From positions 1,568,001 through 1,632,000 of the forward strand of contig OY759599.1 of the NCBI GenBank assembly GCA_963662465.1: 64,000 nucleotides of DNA, read 5' to 3'. The position numbers and the translations under genes were made by a program. How positions within the stretch are numbered: position 1 is the stretch's first letter; the number at the start of each line of letters is the position of its first letter. Shown here piece by piece: positions 40,032 to 50,145 of this stretch. Below the pieces are notes generated by a model. The model saw only the letters and a program-made list of their open reading frames with translations. It was not told the origin of the DNA and searched no databases. This DNA is from Desulfatiglandales bacterium (GTDB lineage Bacteria > Desulfobacterota > DSM-4660 > Desulfatiglandales > Desulfatiglandaceae).

Positions 40032-40375
40032 AGCCTGACCTTAACTCATTTCTTACCCCAAAACCCAAAATATCGTAAAGGTCAAAAAAGCTATGATATC
40101 ATCAAATCAGAGGGTTTGAACAAACGTTGAGGTTTATGCCATCTTTGAGGGCCAGTCGCAACATAAATTGAGAATATTCCCAAAAAAACAGTGTCTCTGA
40201 AGTGTTAATATGCCCTTACATATCTGAAATTACCTTCACGTTCCTGGACCTAAACCGTAAGATCCTACCACCACAACATATTGTGGACAATTCGGTTTCC
40301 GCTTATCCGGTCACAGAAAAGGAGTACGTACATTAAGTCAGCATCCCACATCCGTATATATTATTCAAGACCGGA
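40032..40375. repeat. Non-coding repeat copy D (modules M1 and M5)
   Basis: Matches 3026-3160, 35410-35560 and 37620-37735. Confidence 0.85.
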
Positions 40376-40467
40376 ATCTCTAATATTCACTGTTTGTCCA
40401 TAAAATATATCAGATGGGTGGCATAGGAAGATTTCACTATGGCCACAAGCCGGGACAATTCAGGAAG

Positions 40468-40596
40468 CGCTCGTTCCCACGCACTGCGGGGGAATGAAAA
40501 TGTGACCCGCCGGGGCACAATGAGTTCCTCAGTGACGTTCGTAGTGACGCCGTGAGGCGTTTTCCCCGGCAATGCCCTCACGGGCACACTACAAAC
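40468..40596. repeat. REP-like hairpins
   Basis: CTCGTTCCCACGCACTGCGGGGGAATG and GTAGTG...CGTGAGG...CCTCACG...CACTAC. Confidence 0.5.
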
Positions 40597-40744
40597 CTCT
40601 CCCTCAGTCCCGACACAATAATATCCCAAAGGAAACGATAAACCCGCGAACGTCTTCAATTCGGCGGTGCCGGCATCGTCTTGAACCATGATTAAAAAGG
40701 ATGATCGGATTCCTTGATTATGACAAGGTTCATCGATGCGCCGG

Positions 40745-40935
40745 AGTGGTTTTTCTGGGAGGGAGAACAATATGCCCTCCCTTTCCAAACGCAATAGGAG
40801 ACCCCTGCAAACCATGTCCTTGAGATGACCGTTGGGTTGAACCCAGTTCCAACTCCTGCATATTTTTTTGAAAGAGCATACCTCCCATCCTCTGGGTGAT
40901 TTATCCTCAGCTTTCGGATGAAGGAAAAAATGATA
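40745..40935 (-). pseudogene. Remnant of a second DUF4338 gene
   Basis: GRYALSKK / CRSWNWVQPNGHLKDMVCRGLLLRL with frameshifts; homologous to 19545-20423. Confidence 0.75.
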
Positions 40936-40957
40936 CTGACGATCTTTTTGTTCAAAA

Positions 40958-41055
40958 ATAGGTAGAAAGAACTCTTGGCATGGCGGCGGGTATCACCGAC
41001 CATGTATGGACTTTTAGAGAACTATTAACCGCTAAATTTTGCAATGATCCTTAAT
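40958..41055 (+). pseudogene. C-terminal remnant of an IS1-like transposase
   Basis: RTLGMAAGITDHVWTFRELL motif. Confidence 0.55.
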
Positions 41056-41062
41056 CAAAGTA

Positions 41063-41461
41063 CTAGCGGAAGAGCACCCGAACATGAGGATAATCGATAA
41101 TTTTTTGATCAGTCGTAAGGAGCACCATATTGTGGTGACGGGATGAAGCCACAATAATCTGGTCAGCCGGATCCTTATGGAATGTGCCGGGGAGGATAGT
41201 TGATTCCAGTGAAATACTTATGGAAAGCGGCAAAATTTCAATGAATGGCTTCCGGGCGGCCTTGGCCAGCCAATCCCTGATGGGAATAGAGAGATTTAAT
41301 TTGTTTCGTGACACTTTTTTGGCTACTTCCCAAGGACTGATAGCGGATAAGTAGAAAGGATAATTGTTTACATCCAAGATTATTGGAGAAATTTGGGCAG
41401 GAACGAGATCAGGATTCTCCACCATTCGAATCCAAATATTGGTATCTAAGAGATATTTCAT
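41063..41461 (-). CDS. vapC: VapC-family PIN toxin
   Basis: YLLDTN, LSAISPWE, HKDPADQII, LLTTD. Confidence 0.9.
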   Translation of the reverse strand: MKYLLDTNIWIRMVENPDLVPAQISPIILDVNNYPFYLSAISPWEVAKKVSRNKLNLSIPIRDWLAKAARKPFIEILPLSISISLESTILPGTFHKDPADQIIVASSRHHNMVLLTTDQKIIDYPHVRVLFR

Positions 41462-41694
41462 TTGCATGCATCCCAATCATCTTCACCAAGGGGATCATCC
41501 CAGTCTGGAGCAAAAGAAACAGTGCCCTGCAAGCAGCCAAGAAATTCAGCAGGATCAGTCTTGCCGGTTTCCGGAGGTTGAATAATGGCTATTACCTTGC
41601 CACGTCTGGTTACCTCAATGGTCTCTCGAAGCTCTTCCACGTCCCGAAACATCCTTGTGCATTTGGCCTTAAATTCACTAACCGCAACTTTCAT
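41458..41694 (-). CDS. Phd/YefM-family antitoxin
   Basis: VSEFKAK...IEVTRRGKVIA; ATGA overlap with the toxin; upstream IR ACTTGAC-N10-GTCAAGT. Confidence 0.88.
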   Translation of the reverse strand: MKVAVSEFKAKCTRMFRDVEELRETIEVTRRGKVIAIIQPPETGKTDPAEFLGCLQGTVSFAPDWDDPLGEDDWDACK

Positions 41695-41769
41695 GATTAT
41701 ACCTCTAGGCTACTTGACTATTTACAAGGTCAAGTATAATGTTTTTAAGACAGATGAGTCAAGGACAGA

Positions 41770-41895
41770 TTTGTTTCAGATGAAGATTACGGATCTTATG
41801 CGGGTTGGCTGAAGGAGTATTCAAAGAAATTCAAGGTGGAGATCCATGCGTGGGTGATGATGACCAATCACTACTTATGTGGAACTCCACATAAA
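41770..41895 (+). pseudogene. REP-associated/Y1 tyrosine transposase remnant
   Basis: EDYGSYAGWLKEYSKKFKVEIHAWVMMTNH; the HUH motif is broken. Confidence 0.6.
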
Positions 41896-41974
41896 ATGTG
41901 ATTGGGCATGAGCGCCCACCGAAAACACTCTGTTTCTGTTTCGGAAATAACCTTCCCCAACCGCTCAATAAAAA

Positions 41975-42612
41975 TGTCTCGGTGAGGGGCCGGAGAGTTT
42001 TTATAAAGACATCTTTCGCGTTGAGCCGGGACATTTTCTCACTTTGGAACAGGGTCAGGTTCGCACCCGGCGGTATCATCGTTTCGATCCCAACCACCGC
42101 ATTGTGTTCAAAAACGACGACGATTACGTGGAAGCAGCCCGTGAAATGCTGGACAAGGCGGTTGCCTGCCGGCTCCGCAGTGCCGGTGGTATAGCGTCTC
42201 ACCTCAGTTCGGGCCTGGACAGTTCCACGGTTGCCGCCACGGCCGCACGTTTGTTGGGGACACAGGGCAAGAGGCTGACGGCCTTCACTTCAGTGCCGAG
42301 GGAAGGCTTTGACGAGCCCGGTTCCCAAGGGCCGGCACGGGATGAAGGACCGGCCGCCGCGGCGTTGGCGGCGAAGTTTTCTAATATTGACCACATTCTG
42401 TTTCGGCCGGGAAACCGGACCCCGGTGGATGGTCTGCGGGAAAAGGTGGAGAGATTCGACCGGGCCCCCTTAAATTCCTGCAATCATGTGTGGATCGACG
42501 GCATTCATGCCGATGCCGCCCGGCGAGGGGCCCGAGTTTTGCCGACCGGGCAGATGGGGAATATGACCATTTCCTATGACGGGCGCCCCCGTTTGGCATC
42601 TCTCTTGCGCTG
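41975..42612 (+). pseudogene. Asparagine-synthetase-like (lasso cyclase-type) internal fragment
   Basis: FYKDIFRVEPGH, AVACRLR, SHLSSGLDSSTV, VLPTGQMGN. Confidence 0.75.
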
Positions 42613-42940
42613 GGGGCCCTGGGAGGCGGTTTTGGGAAAAAGCGGTGTTTTTGCGTTCACCCGGGTGTAGGCGTCATGCACCTTCATGAAAAGAGTTTCG
42701 TCCGCATCGGCAGCCAGTTTTTCGTATACCTCCGGTCGAAGCCTATCGATCTTATCGGCGTTCATGTCAGAGGCTTCAAGCCCACTTCGTCGTCGAAGAT
42801 GCCCCTGGCACTGGCAATGGGGGTTCTGTGAAGGTTGTTGATGTCCGCCGACTTTTCCTGCTCTCCCCGCAGGTTGGTGAGGAACACCCGGAACCAGGTG
42901 TTTCCGGATTTGGGGTACGATGCCGGCCAGATAATCCCAC
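42612..42940 (-). pseudogene. Sulfotransferase N-terminal fragment (frameshifted)
   Basis: IIWPASYPKSGNTWFR PAPS-binding motif, then FMKVHDAY. Confidence 0.75.
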
Positions 42941-43500
42941 CCAGACCTTCCAGAAAACGGGGACGATAGGTATGATTGAGGAGCGGTTCAATCCGTTCCA
43001 TGCCTGTCAGTTCCGAAACCTCGAAATCATCCGTGTTGGTATCCTTAAGGAGGAAAACCGATCGGGCCGGCGTGGGGATTGCGGAGGTATGGTCAAAGGG
43101 GACGAAATACTTCTGGAAGTCCTGAGCGAGCCGCACCCGAATGAGGCCCATATCATCTTTTTCAAGCTTCTTCAGTGCATCGGCCCACAGCTTGAGCCTG
43201 GGAAAACCGGGAATGACCTTTGCGCTACCATTTTCATCCGCGGTTACCGCGCACACATCATCCGCCAAAAGTGGATAGCCCCGTTTTTGAAATCCCGCGG
43301 GTAGGGCCGATTTTCCGATACTGGAGGGTCCCATGAACAGGACCGCCTCGCCTCCACCTGAACGGCGCTGGCGTGAAGGGGCAGGATGTTCCGCTGGTGC
43401 AGGAGCGCCCCCATGGCGGAACCCATCAGGAAAAGGAGCACCTCCTCATCCGTTGCGCCGAGATCCCGATCGATGAGGATGTTGGTTCCTTTGAAAACAT
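42941..43500 (-). pseudogene. HPr-kinase-like protein (frameshifted, truncated)
   Basis: LLHQRNILPLHASAV, GPSSIGKS, LLADDVCAV, PRLKLWAD, YRPRFL. Confidence 0.75.
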
Positions 43501-43551
43501 GCCATATCTCTCAAAAGCCACAATCCTGCAAGACGAGTAGAACTACTGTAA

Positions 43552-43731
43552 GAAAAAAGATTGGTGAACTGGGTCTTGACATTGAAATCGAGGTAAATGG
43601 GGGCATCAACCATGAAACCATTCGAAGTGTCTCTTCCCGCCGGCGCTGATGTTTTTGTGACCGGATCGGCTATTTATCGCGGCAAAAACCATGCGGATAG
43701 CATTAAGGCGTTGAGACGGAATATAGGGTGA
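43552..43731 (+). pseudogene. rpe: Degenerate copy of the rpe 3' end (putative attR)
   Basis: KKIGELGLDIEIEVNGGINHETI, then a +1 frameshift; ends 7 bp from the trkH stop. Confidence 0.9.
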
Positions 43732-43738
43732 TCCCGGC

Positions 43739-45187
43739 CTACTTTCGCCAGTACTCGGGCGCCAGCAGAACAATCACCGTATAAATCTCCAGACGCCCCA
43801 GGAGCATGCAGGCAATCAACACCCATTTGCCGGCCGTGGGAATTTCCAGGTAGTTTCGGATGGGACCGACCACGCCAAAGCCGGGGCCGATATTGCCGAT
43901 AGATGCGGCCACGGATGATAAGGCGGAGATAAAGTCAAGTCCCAGGCCCGCCATGATCAGGGAAGCCACGACAAAAAGACCCATATAAAGGAAAAAGAAT
44001 CCCCATATGCTGCTGAGAACATCCGTGGAAACGGGTTGCCCGCCGAGCTTAACCGTGGTTACCGCATGGGGATGAATAATACGGAAGACCTGTTGATAAG
44101 CATGTTTCACCATCAGTATGATCCGCACGATTTTTATGCCGCCCCCCGTTGAACCCGCCATGGCCCCTAAAAACATGCAGACCAGGAGAATCAGCTGGGA
44201 AAGGGCCGGCCATTTTTCATAATCAGCGGATACAAACCCGGTTGTGGTGATGATGGAGCTTATCTGAAAGGCGGCAAACCGGAAGGCCTGAAAAAGGGAT
44301 TTATAAACAACGCCGTAAATATCCAGGGTCACCAGCAGGATGAACACGCCCACAATAATCAGGAACACGCGGCACTCCGAGTCCTTGCCGAAGATTTTCA
44401 GGTCGCCTTTGAGCAGTCGGTAGTGAAGAGAAAAGTTGATGCCGGCCAGAAGCATGAAAATTACAATGACAAAATCAAAGTATGTGCTGTTGTATTGGGC
44501 GATGCTGGCGTTTTGGGTTGAAAAGCCGCCTGTGGGCATGGTGCAAAAGGCATGGCAGAAAGAATCAAACAGGCTCATGCCGCCCCCGAAAAGCAGCGCC
44601 ACCTGAACCAGGGTGATGAGAAGATAGATTTTCCAAAGTATCCTGGCGGTTTCAGAGATCCGGGGTTTGAGTTTATCGACGACGGGACTGGGAATTTCAG
44701 CCTTGTACAGCTGCATCCCGCCGATGCCCAGGAATGGAAGAATGGCGATGGAAAGGACAATAATGCCCATGCCGCCCAGCCACTGGGTCAGACTTCTCCA
44801 GAGAAGGATTCCTTCGGGAAGGGACTCGATGTCTGTTATGACGCTGGCGCCCGTTGTGGTAAACCCCGAAATGGACTCGAAACAGGCGTTGGCTATATCC
44901 GTTGTGACGCCGGCAAAGAGATAGGGCAAGGCGCCGACCAATCCCGCCATCACCCATCCCAACGTAACAATGGCAACCCCGTCCCGGTGATTGAGCTGTT
45001 TTTCCTTCTGGCTTTTTGTCAAAGCAAAGGGAATGCCTCCCAGAAGGCATGTCACGGCCATGGCCAGGAGCAGCGGTTTGGTGCACTGGTCATCAAGCAG
45101 GAAAGACACGCCCACTGGAGCTGCCATGGAAAGCCCCAGAAAAAAAACCAAAATACCGGTGAAACGGACGATAATTTGAAAGTTCAT
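43739..45187 (-). CDS. trkH: Trk potassium uptake membrane protein
   Basis: FESISGFTTTGA, QWLGGMG, TGGFS, GSTGGGIK, GRLEI. Confidence 0.95.
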   Translation of the reverse strand: MNFQIIVRFTGILVFFLGLSMAAPVGVSFLLDDQCTKPLLLAMAVTCLLGGIPFALTKSQKEKQLNHRDGVAIVTLGWVMAGLVGALPYLFAGVTTDIANACFESISGFTTTGASVITDIESLPEGILLWRSLTQWLGGMGIIVLSIAILPFLGIGGMQLYKAEIPSPVVDKLKPRISETARILWKIYLLITLVQVALLFGGGMSLFDSFCHAFCTMPTGGFSTQNASIAQYNSTYFDFVIVIFMLLAGINFSLHYRLLKGDLKIFGKDSECRVFLIIVGVFILLVTLDIYGVVYKSLFQAFRFAAFQISSIITTTGFVSADYEKWPALSQLILLVCMFLGAMAGSTGGGIKIVRIILMVKHAYQQVFRIIHPHAVTTVKLGGQPVSTDVLSSIWGFFFLYMGLFVVASLIMAGLGLDFISALSSVAASIGNIGPGFGVVGPIRNYLEIPTAGKWVLIACMLLGRLEIYTVIVLLAPEYWRK

Positions 45188-46563
45188 CAGAAATATTCCA
45201 GCTTTACGGTGAGTAGCTTTTCCAGTTTTGGGAGTACTTGTTGAAGGGCGAATATGATCAGCCGGTCTCCCGGTTTGATCACGGTGTCGCCCCGGGGGAT
45301 AATAATTTCGCTTTCGTGAAAAATTGCGCCGACAATGGCCCCTTTCGGCATTTTTATTTTGTGGAGGGGTTTGTTGACAATTTCCGATGTTTCCAGGGCT
45401 TCCGCTTCAATGGCCTCGGCGTGTTCCCCTTTCAAGGGCGCCACCGATAGAATTTTACCCGGTCTGATATATTGTAAAATGGCCCGGACCGCCGCCAGTC
45501 TCGGACTGACCACGGTATCGATGCCGATGGCGCTCATGAGCGGCAGATAACTCAATTTGCTGACGCGGGTGACGGTCTTCCGGGTTCCCAGCCCTTTGGC
45601 CAGGAGGGATATGAGGATGTTGCTTTCTTCATCCCCGGTAATGGTCACAACGCAGTCCGCGCTCCCGATATTTTCCTCTTCCAGGAGGTCCTTGTCGGTG
45701 CCATCTCCATTGATGACCGTTACATGGGAAAGACCGGCTGAAAGCTCCGCGCATATGGCTTCGTCTTTTTCAATAATTTTAACGTTGATCTTTGTCCTGT
45801 CCATTTCCCTGGCCAAGGCCTGGCCTGTCTGCCCGGCGCCGATGATGATGACCCGTCTCAGGCTTTTTTCCTTGATTCCGAACAATTCAAGGGCTTGCTC
45901 CACCTCTCTGTTTCTCGCCACCAGATAAACCAGGTCTCCCGCCAGGATGCTGTCGCTGCCTTGGGGAATGATCACCTGGGACGGTAAATTGGGACGGGTT
46001 CGTACGATGGCCCCCACCAGAATTTCCCTTTCCGCCTCCGTGAATGAAAGGAGTTTCCGACCGGCAAAGGGAGAATTTTTCTCCACGGTAACGCCGATGA
46101 GTTTGACGCTCCCCCCCATGAAATCGATAACTTCGGAAGCGCCCGGGATCTCCATCAACGTTTGAATGCTGTGTACCATTTCAACCTGGGGGTTGATCAC
46201 ATGGTCAATTCCCAGGTGATCTTTATCCAGTAACAACGGCAATTCGTTTACATATTCCTCATTTCTAAGCCTTGCAACCTTGATCAGGTACGGGTTCAGG
46301 TTTTTGGCGATCAAGCAGGAAATCAGATTGACTTCATCGCTGTTGGTTGCGGCCAACAGTATGTCGGCATCCTTTATTCCTGCATCCTTGAGGAGTCGAG
46401 GACTTGTCCCGGAACCCAGAAAAGCCTGTATATCCAGGTTGTCGGCGACCCTCTTGATTTGTTCCGGATTCTGGTCAATCAGGACAACGTCCTGGCTTTC
46501 TTCCGAAAGTCTCTGAGCGATATGGAACCCGACTTCCCCTGCGCCCACAATGATCACTTTCAA
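45187..46563 (-). CDS. trkA: Trk potassium uptake NAD-binding protein
   Basis: Two RCK domains (IVGAGEVG, IIGAGQTG), IIPRGDTVI. Confidence 0.95.
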   Translation of the reverse strand: MKVIIVGAGEVGFHIAQRLSEESQDVVLIDQNPEQIKRVADNLDIQAFLGSGTSPRLLKDAGIKDADILLAATNSDEVNLISCLIAKNLNPYLIKVARLRNEEYVNELPLLLDKDHLGIDHVINPQVEMVHSIQTLMEIPGASEVIDFMGGSVKLIGVTVEKNSPFAGRKLLSFTEAEREILVGAIVRTRPNLPSQVIIPQGSDSILAGDLVYLVARNREVEQALELFGIKEKSLRRVIIIGAGQTGQALAREMDRTKINVKIIEKDEAICAELSAGLSHVTVINGDGTDKDLLEEENIGSADCVVTITGDEESNILISLLAKGLGTRKTVTRVSKLSYLPLMSAIGIDTVVSPRLAAVRAILQYIRPGKILSVAPLKGEHAEAIEAEALETSEIVNKPLHKIKMPKGAIVGAIFHESEIIIPRGDTVIKPGDRLIIFALQQVLPKLEKLLTVKLEYF

Positions 46564-46772
46564 TCAAAAATCCTCCAACTGTTTTCCCATGAACCCAAGG
46601 CTTTGCGAAAACGGTTATGATAAGCTTGGCATAAAAAGATAATGTAGGAGAGCGCTTCCAAAAAGTCAACTGGGATGAAAGCTATATCTGTTTACAACGC
46701 AAGCGCGTGGTGGTATAAACCGGTCCAAAGAATGGCGTTTGGCCTGTGTTTAAGAAAGCAGAGAGAAATTTT

Positions 46773-47794
46773 ATGCCCATAAGCGAATTGAAAAATTTAC
46801 AGGATCCGAAGGTCCTGTTCACGAAGTCCATAGATCGGTTTTCCGAAGCAAAGATTGCCGTTCTCGGAGATGTTATCATGGATGAATTTATCTGGGGAGA
46901 TGTTTCCCGGATTTCTCGGAAGCGCCGGTGCCGGTTTTGGACGTGGAACGGGAAACAAAACTATTGGGCGGCGCCGCCAATGTGGTGCGCAATATGGGCG
47001 CCCTTGGGGCGGAGGCAATCCTCTGCGGTGTTGTGGGTGATGATGCCATGGGAAAAAAAATTCTGTCGGAACTGGCCTCCATGGGCCTGAGATCCGATGG
47101 CGTGATTGTGGAAAGCGGTCGACCCACCAGCATCAAAACCAGGGTTGTGGCCCGAAATCAGCAAATCGTTCGATATGACCGGGAGAGCAGGGCGGATATC
47201 CGTGCCGAAAGCGTTAAGAAAATGCTCGATTTTGCAAAGGCGGCGTTTCCCCGGATCAACGCCGTTGTGATTTCCGATTATGGAAAGGGCGTAATTTCGG
47301 CGCCCCTCATGAAAGGGCTCAGGGATCTGCTCGGGACCGCCTCGATGAATCCGAATATGGTGATGACGGTGGATCCCAAGACCGGCAATTTCGAACACTA
47401 CAGGGGCGTGGATGTTATTACGCCCAACCATCATGAGGCAGGGCTTTTTTGCGGTTTTAAAATCGTTGATGAGAAAACCCTCAACAGGGCTGGACGGAAA
47501 ATGCTGGATGCATTAAATTGCCGTTCCGTCTTGATTACCCAGGGGAAAGACGGTATGACCCTTTTTGAGCGTGGGGGGGAGATCACTCACATTCCCACCG
47601 TGGCCAAAAAAGTCTTTGATGTCACCGGGGCCGGCGATACCGTCATCAGCGCCATCTCGCTGGGCTTGGCTGTTGGAATGGATTTAAAGTCCGCGGCGTA
47701 TGTGGCAAATATTGCGGCCGGTATTGTGGTGGGTGAAGTGGGCACATCGGCAGCAACGGCGGCGGATGTGAAAAAAGCCATCATGAATGCCTGA
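46773..47794 (+). pseudogene. rfaE1: D-glycero-beta-D-manno-heptose-7-phosphate kinase with a one-base frameshift near 46916 (possibly a sequencing error)
   Basis: VLGDVIMDEFIWGDVSRIS|PEAPVPV, GGAANV, SDYGKG, DVTGAGD; ATTTCTCGGAAG lacks one C. Confidence 0.85.
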
Positions 47795-47824
47795 AGTTTT
47801 AAGTCTCAGGCGATAAGGTGAATT

Positions 47825-48364
47825 ATGAGCAAACCGGAAAAATCCGATGCGGTTAAACTGATTGCCAGCCTTTTTTCTTCTGAAAAAGCGCTTGTTGAAA
47901 GGGTGATCGAACAGCTGGTGAAACTCTATGGAGACGCTGACTGGATCAGCCCTGAAATTTTTTTCGATCGGACCCGGTATTACGAAAAAGAGATGGGGTG
48001 GCCGCTGCACCGTCGGTTCCTCGCTTTCAAAAATCTCATTGCTCCTGAAATGCTGGTGGATGTGAAGCTCAAAACCAATGAGATCGAAAAAACATATCTG
48101 AAGGGAGAAAAAAGGCGGATCAATATTGATCCGGGGTATATCTCCCTGGAACGGTTGATTCTGGCCACCGGGAAAAATTATATCCACAGGGTGTATCTGC
48201 GGGAAGGGATTTATGCCGATCTGACCCTGGTTTTCAAACGGGGAGGGTTTGTGCCGCTGGAGTGGACTTATCCCGATTATGCACACCCGGAAATGATTGC
48301 CTGTTTTAATGCCATTAGAGCCCAATATCTGGAACAGTTAAGAGGGGGTAAACCCATTGATTAA
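47825..48364 (+). CDS. DUF4416 family protein
   Basis: YYEKEMG, RRINIDPGY, LATGKNYIHRVYL, WTYPDY. Confidence 0.8.
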   Translation: MSKPEKSDAVKLIASLFSSEKALVERVIEQLVKLYGDADWISPEIFFDRTRYYEKEMGWPLHRRFLAFKNLIAPEMLVDVKLKTNEIEKTYLKGEKRRINIDPGYISLERLILATGKNYIHRVYLREGIYADLTLVFKRGGFVPLEWTYPDYAHPEMIACFNAIRAQYLEQLRGGKPID

Positions 48365-49238
48365 AAGCATGACCGCATATGGCAAAGGAGATTTCCCGCG
48401 GGATGGAAAACGGTTTCTGGTGGAGATTAAATCGCTCAACAACCGTTATCGGGACGTTATTATCAGAATCCCTAAAAATCTCCAGGGGTTTGAAAAGGAA
48501 TTGCGAACCCTGATCGATTCAAAGGTGAACCGGGGACGGGTCGAAGTCTTTTTTCAGATCGAAAGTTCCAGTGATATGCCCTCCTATAAACTCCATCTGA
48601 ATTTGCCGTTGGTGGATGCTTATTTAGATGCTTTTTCCCAGCTGTCCAACCGTTCAGGCCTCAATCAGGATATGCGGCTGGAAACCCTGCTTCAGATGAA
48701 TGATGTGGCAATGCTTAAACCGGACACGGGCGACGAAGAAGAACTGGGGGCGGGGCTTCGCCAGGCGCTCATCCTGGGTCTCGAGTCCCTGGTTGAAATG
48801 AGACGGGAAGAGGGGGCGGCGATTGAGGCCGATTTGAGAAAAAGGCTGAGCAGGGTTGCCGGATTCGTTGATTATGTGCAGGGTCGTACCACTGATATCG
48901 TAGAGGCTTATCGGGTTCGGTTGAAGGAAAATATGGATAAATTGGTCCAAGGGGTTGATGTGGATGAGGGAAGACTCGCCCAGGAAGTCGCCATATTTGC
49001 TGAACGATCCGATATTACGGAAGAACTGGTCCGACTGCGAAGCCATATTGAACAATTCGCCACATACCTGGAAATAGATGACGTGGTCGGTAGAAGGCTC
49101 GATTTTCTCATTCAGGAAATGAACCGGGAGGTCAATACCCTCGGTTCAAAGGCCTCTGACGCATTTGTTTCGAAAATTGTAGTGGAAATGAAGGCGGAGT
49201 TGGAAAAACTGCGGGAACAGGTGCAGAATGTGGAATAA
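48357..49238 (+). CDS. yicC: YicC/YloC endoribonuclease
   Basis: [49 protein letters not shown]. Confidence 0.93.
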   Translation: MIKSMTAYGKGDFPRDGKRFLVEIKSLNNRYRDVIIRIPKNLQGFEKELRTLIDSKVNRGRVEVFFQIESSSDMPSYKLHLNLPLVDAYLDAFSQLSNRSGLNQDMRLETLLQMNDVAMLKPDTGDEEELGAGLRQALILGLESLVEMRREEGAAIEADLRKRLSRVAGFVDYVQGRTTDIVEAYRVRLKENMDKLVQGVDVDEGRLAQEVAIFAERSDITEELVRLRSHIEQFATYLEIDDVVGRRLDFLIQEMNREVNTLGSKASDAFVSKIVVEMKAELEKLREQVQNVE

Positions 49239-49252
49239 AAGGAGATTTGTCC

Positions 49253-49531
49253 ATGAGTATTAATCTTGTGAATGTGGGTTTTGGAAATTCGGTGGTTTCA
49301 AGACGCGTGGTTGCCATTATCTCCGCCGGCGCGGCGCCCATAAAACGGCTTCGCGATGAAGCCCGGGATGAAAAGCGGCTGATCGACGCCACCCAGGGAA
49401 GGCGAACCCGGTCCATATTGATTACGGACAGCAACCATGTTATTTTGTCCGCCGTGCAGCCTGAAACCATTGCACAGCGATTCAGTCCCGAAGGCAATAT
49501 CCCTTTGCAGGAATTGGAAGAGTTATCATGA
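49253..49531 (+). CDS. remA: DUF370 / RemA regulator
   Basis: NVGFGNSV...APIKRL...[12 protein letters not shown]; yicC-remA-gmk gene order. Confidence 0.88.
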   Translation: MSINLVNVGFGNSVVSRRVVAIISAGAAPIKRLRDEARDEKRLIDATQGRRTRSILITDSNHVILSAVQPETIAQRFSPEGNIPLQELEELS

Positions 49532-50142
49532 CCGGTCGGATTTTCGTTTTTTCCGCGCCTTCCGGTGCGGGGAAATCGACCATTGCCGCGGCCTTGATGG
49601 AAAGGATTGAAGATCTCTCCTATTCCATCTCCCACACCAGCCGTTCCCCAAGAGGGACCGAACGGGATTCAGTTGATTATCACTTTGTCGCCGAGGACGT
49701 TTTCAGGAAAATGATTCGCGAAAATGCTTTCCTGGAGTGGGCCGAAGTCCATGGGCATTTGTATGGTACTTCTTTCGAAGCAATCCAGGCGCAGATGTCG
49801 GCGGGCGATGATATCCTGATGGACGTGGATGTTCAGGGGGGGCGAAATGTCAAAAAGCAATTTCCTGAAAGCGTTCTTGTTTTTCTGTTGCCGCCGTCTC
49901 TTGAGATCCTGGAAAACCGTTTGACGGCCAGGGGAACCGATGACCCATCCGCCATTGGAAAACGAATGGCAAAGGCCTCCGAAGAAATCAAAAACTGTTT
50001 GGGGTACGACTACATCGTCATTAACGACGATCTGGAAAAAGCCATACATGAAGCGCAATCCATTATCGTGTCGGAACGGTGCAGACGAGTGCGCCGAATG
50101 GGTTGGGTCAATGCTCATTTCAACTTAAAACTTAAAACCTAA
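49528..50142 (+). CDS. gmk: Guanylate kinase
   Basis: [36 protein letters not shown]. Confidence 0.96.
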   Translation: MTGRIFVFSAPSGAGKSTIAAALMERIEDLSYSISHTSRSPRGTERDSVDYHFVAEDVFRKMIRENAFLEWAEVHGHLYGTSFEAIQAQMSAGDDILMDVDVQGGRNVKKQFPESVLVFLLPPSLEILENRLTARGTDDPSAIGKRMAKASEEIKNCLGYDYIVINDDLEKAIHEAQSIIVSERCRRVRRMGWVNAHFNLKLKT

Positions 50143-50145
50143 AAC

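Larger units (their letters stand above)
1974..43551. mobile_element. Genomic island integrated in the 3' end of rpe
   Basis: Bounded by direct repeats of the rpe 3' end; filled with IS elements, pseudogenes, a TA pair and hypothetical genes; housekeeping genes on both sides. Confidence 0.8.

Noticed and set aside
29600..41000. Classical integron cassette array
   Set aside because: No integron integrase; the repeats are long, lie upstream of genes and lack recognisable RYYYAAC...GTTRRRY attC symmetry.
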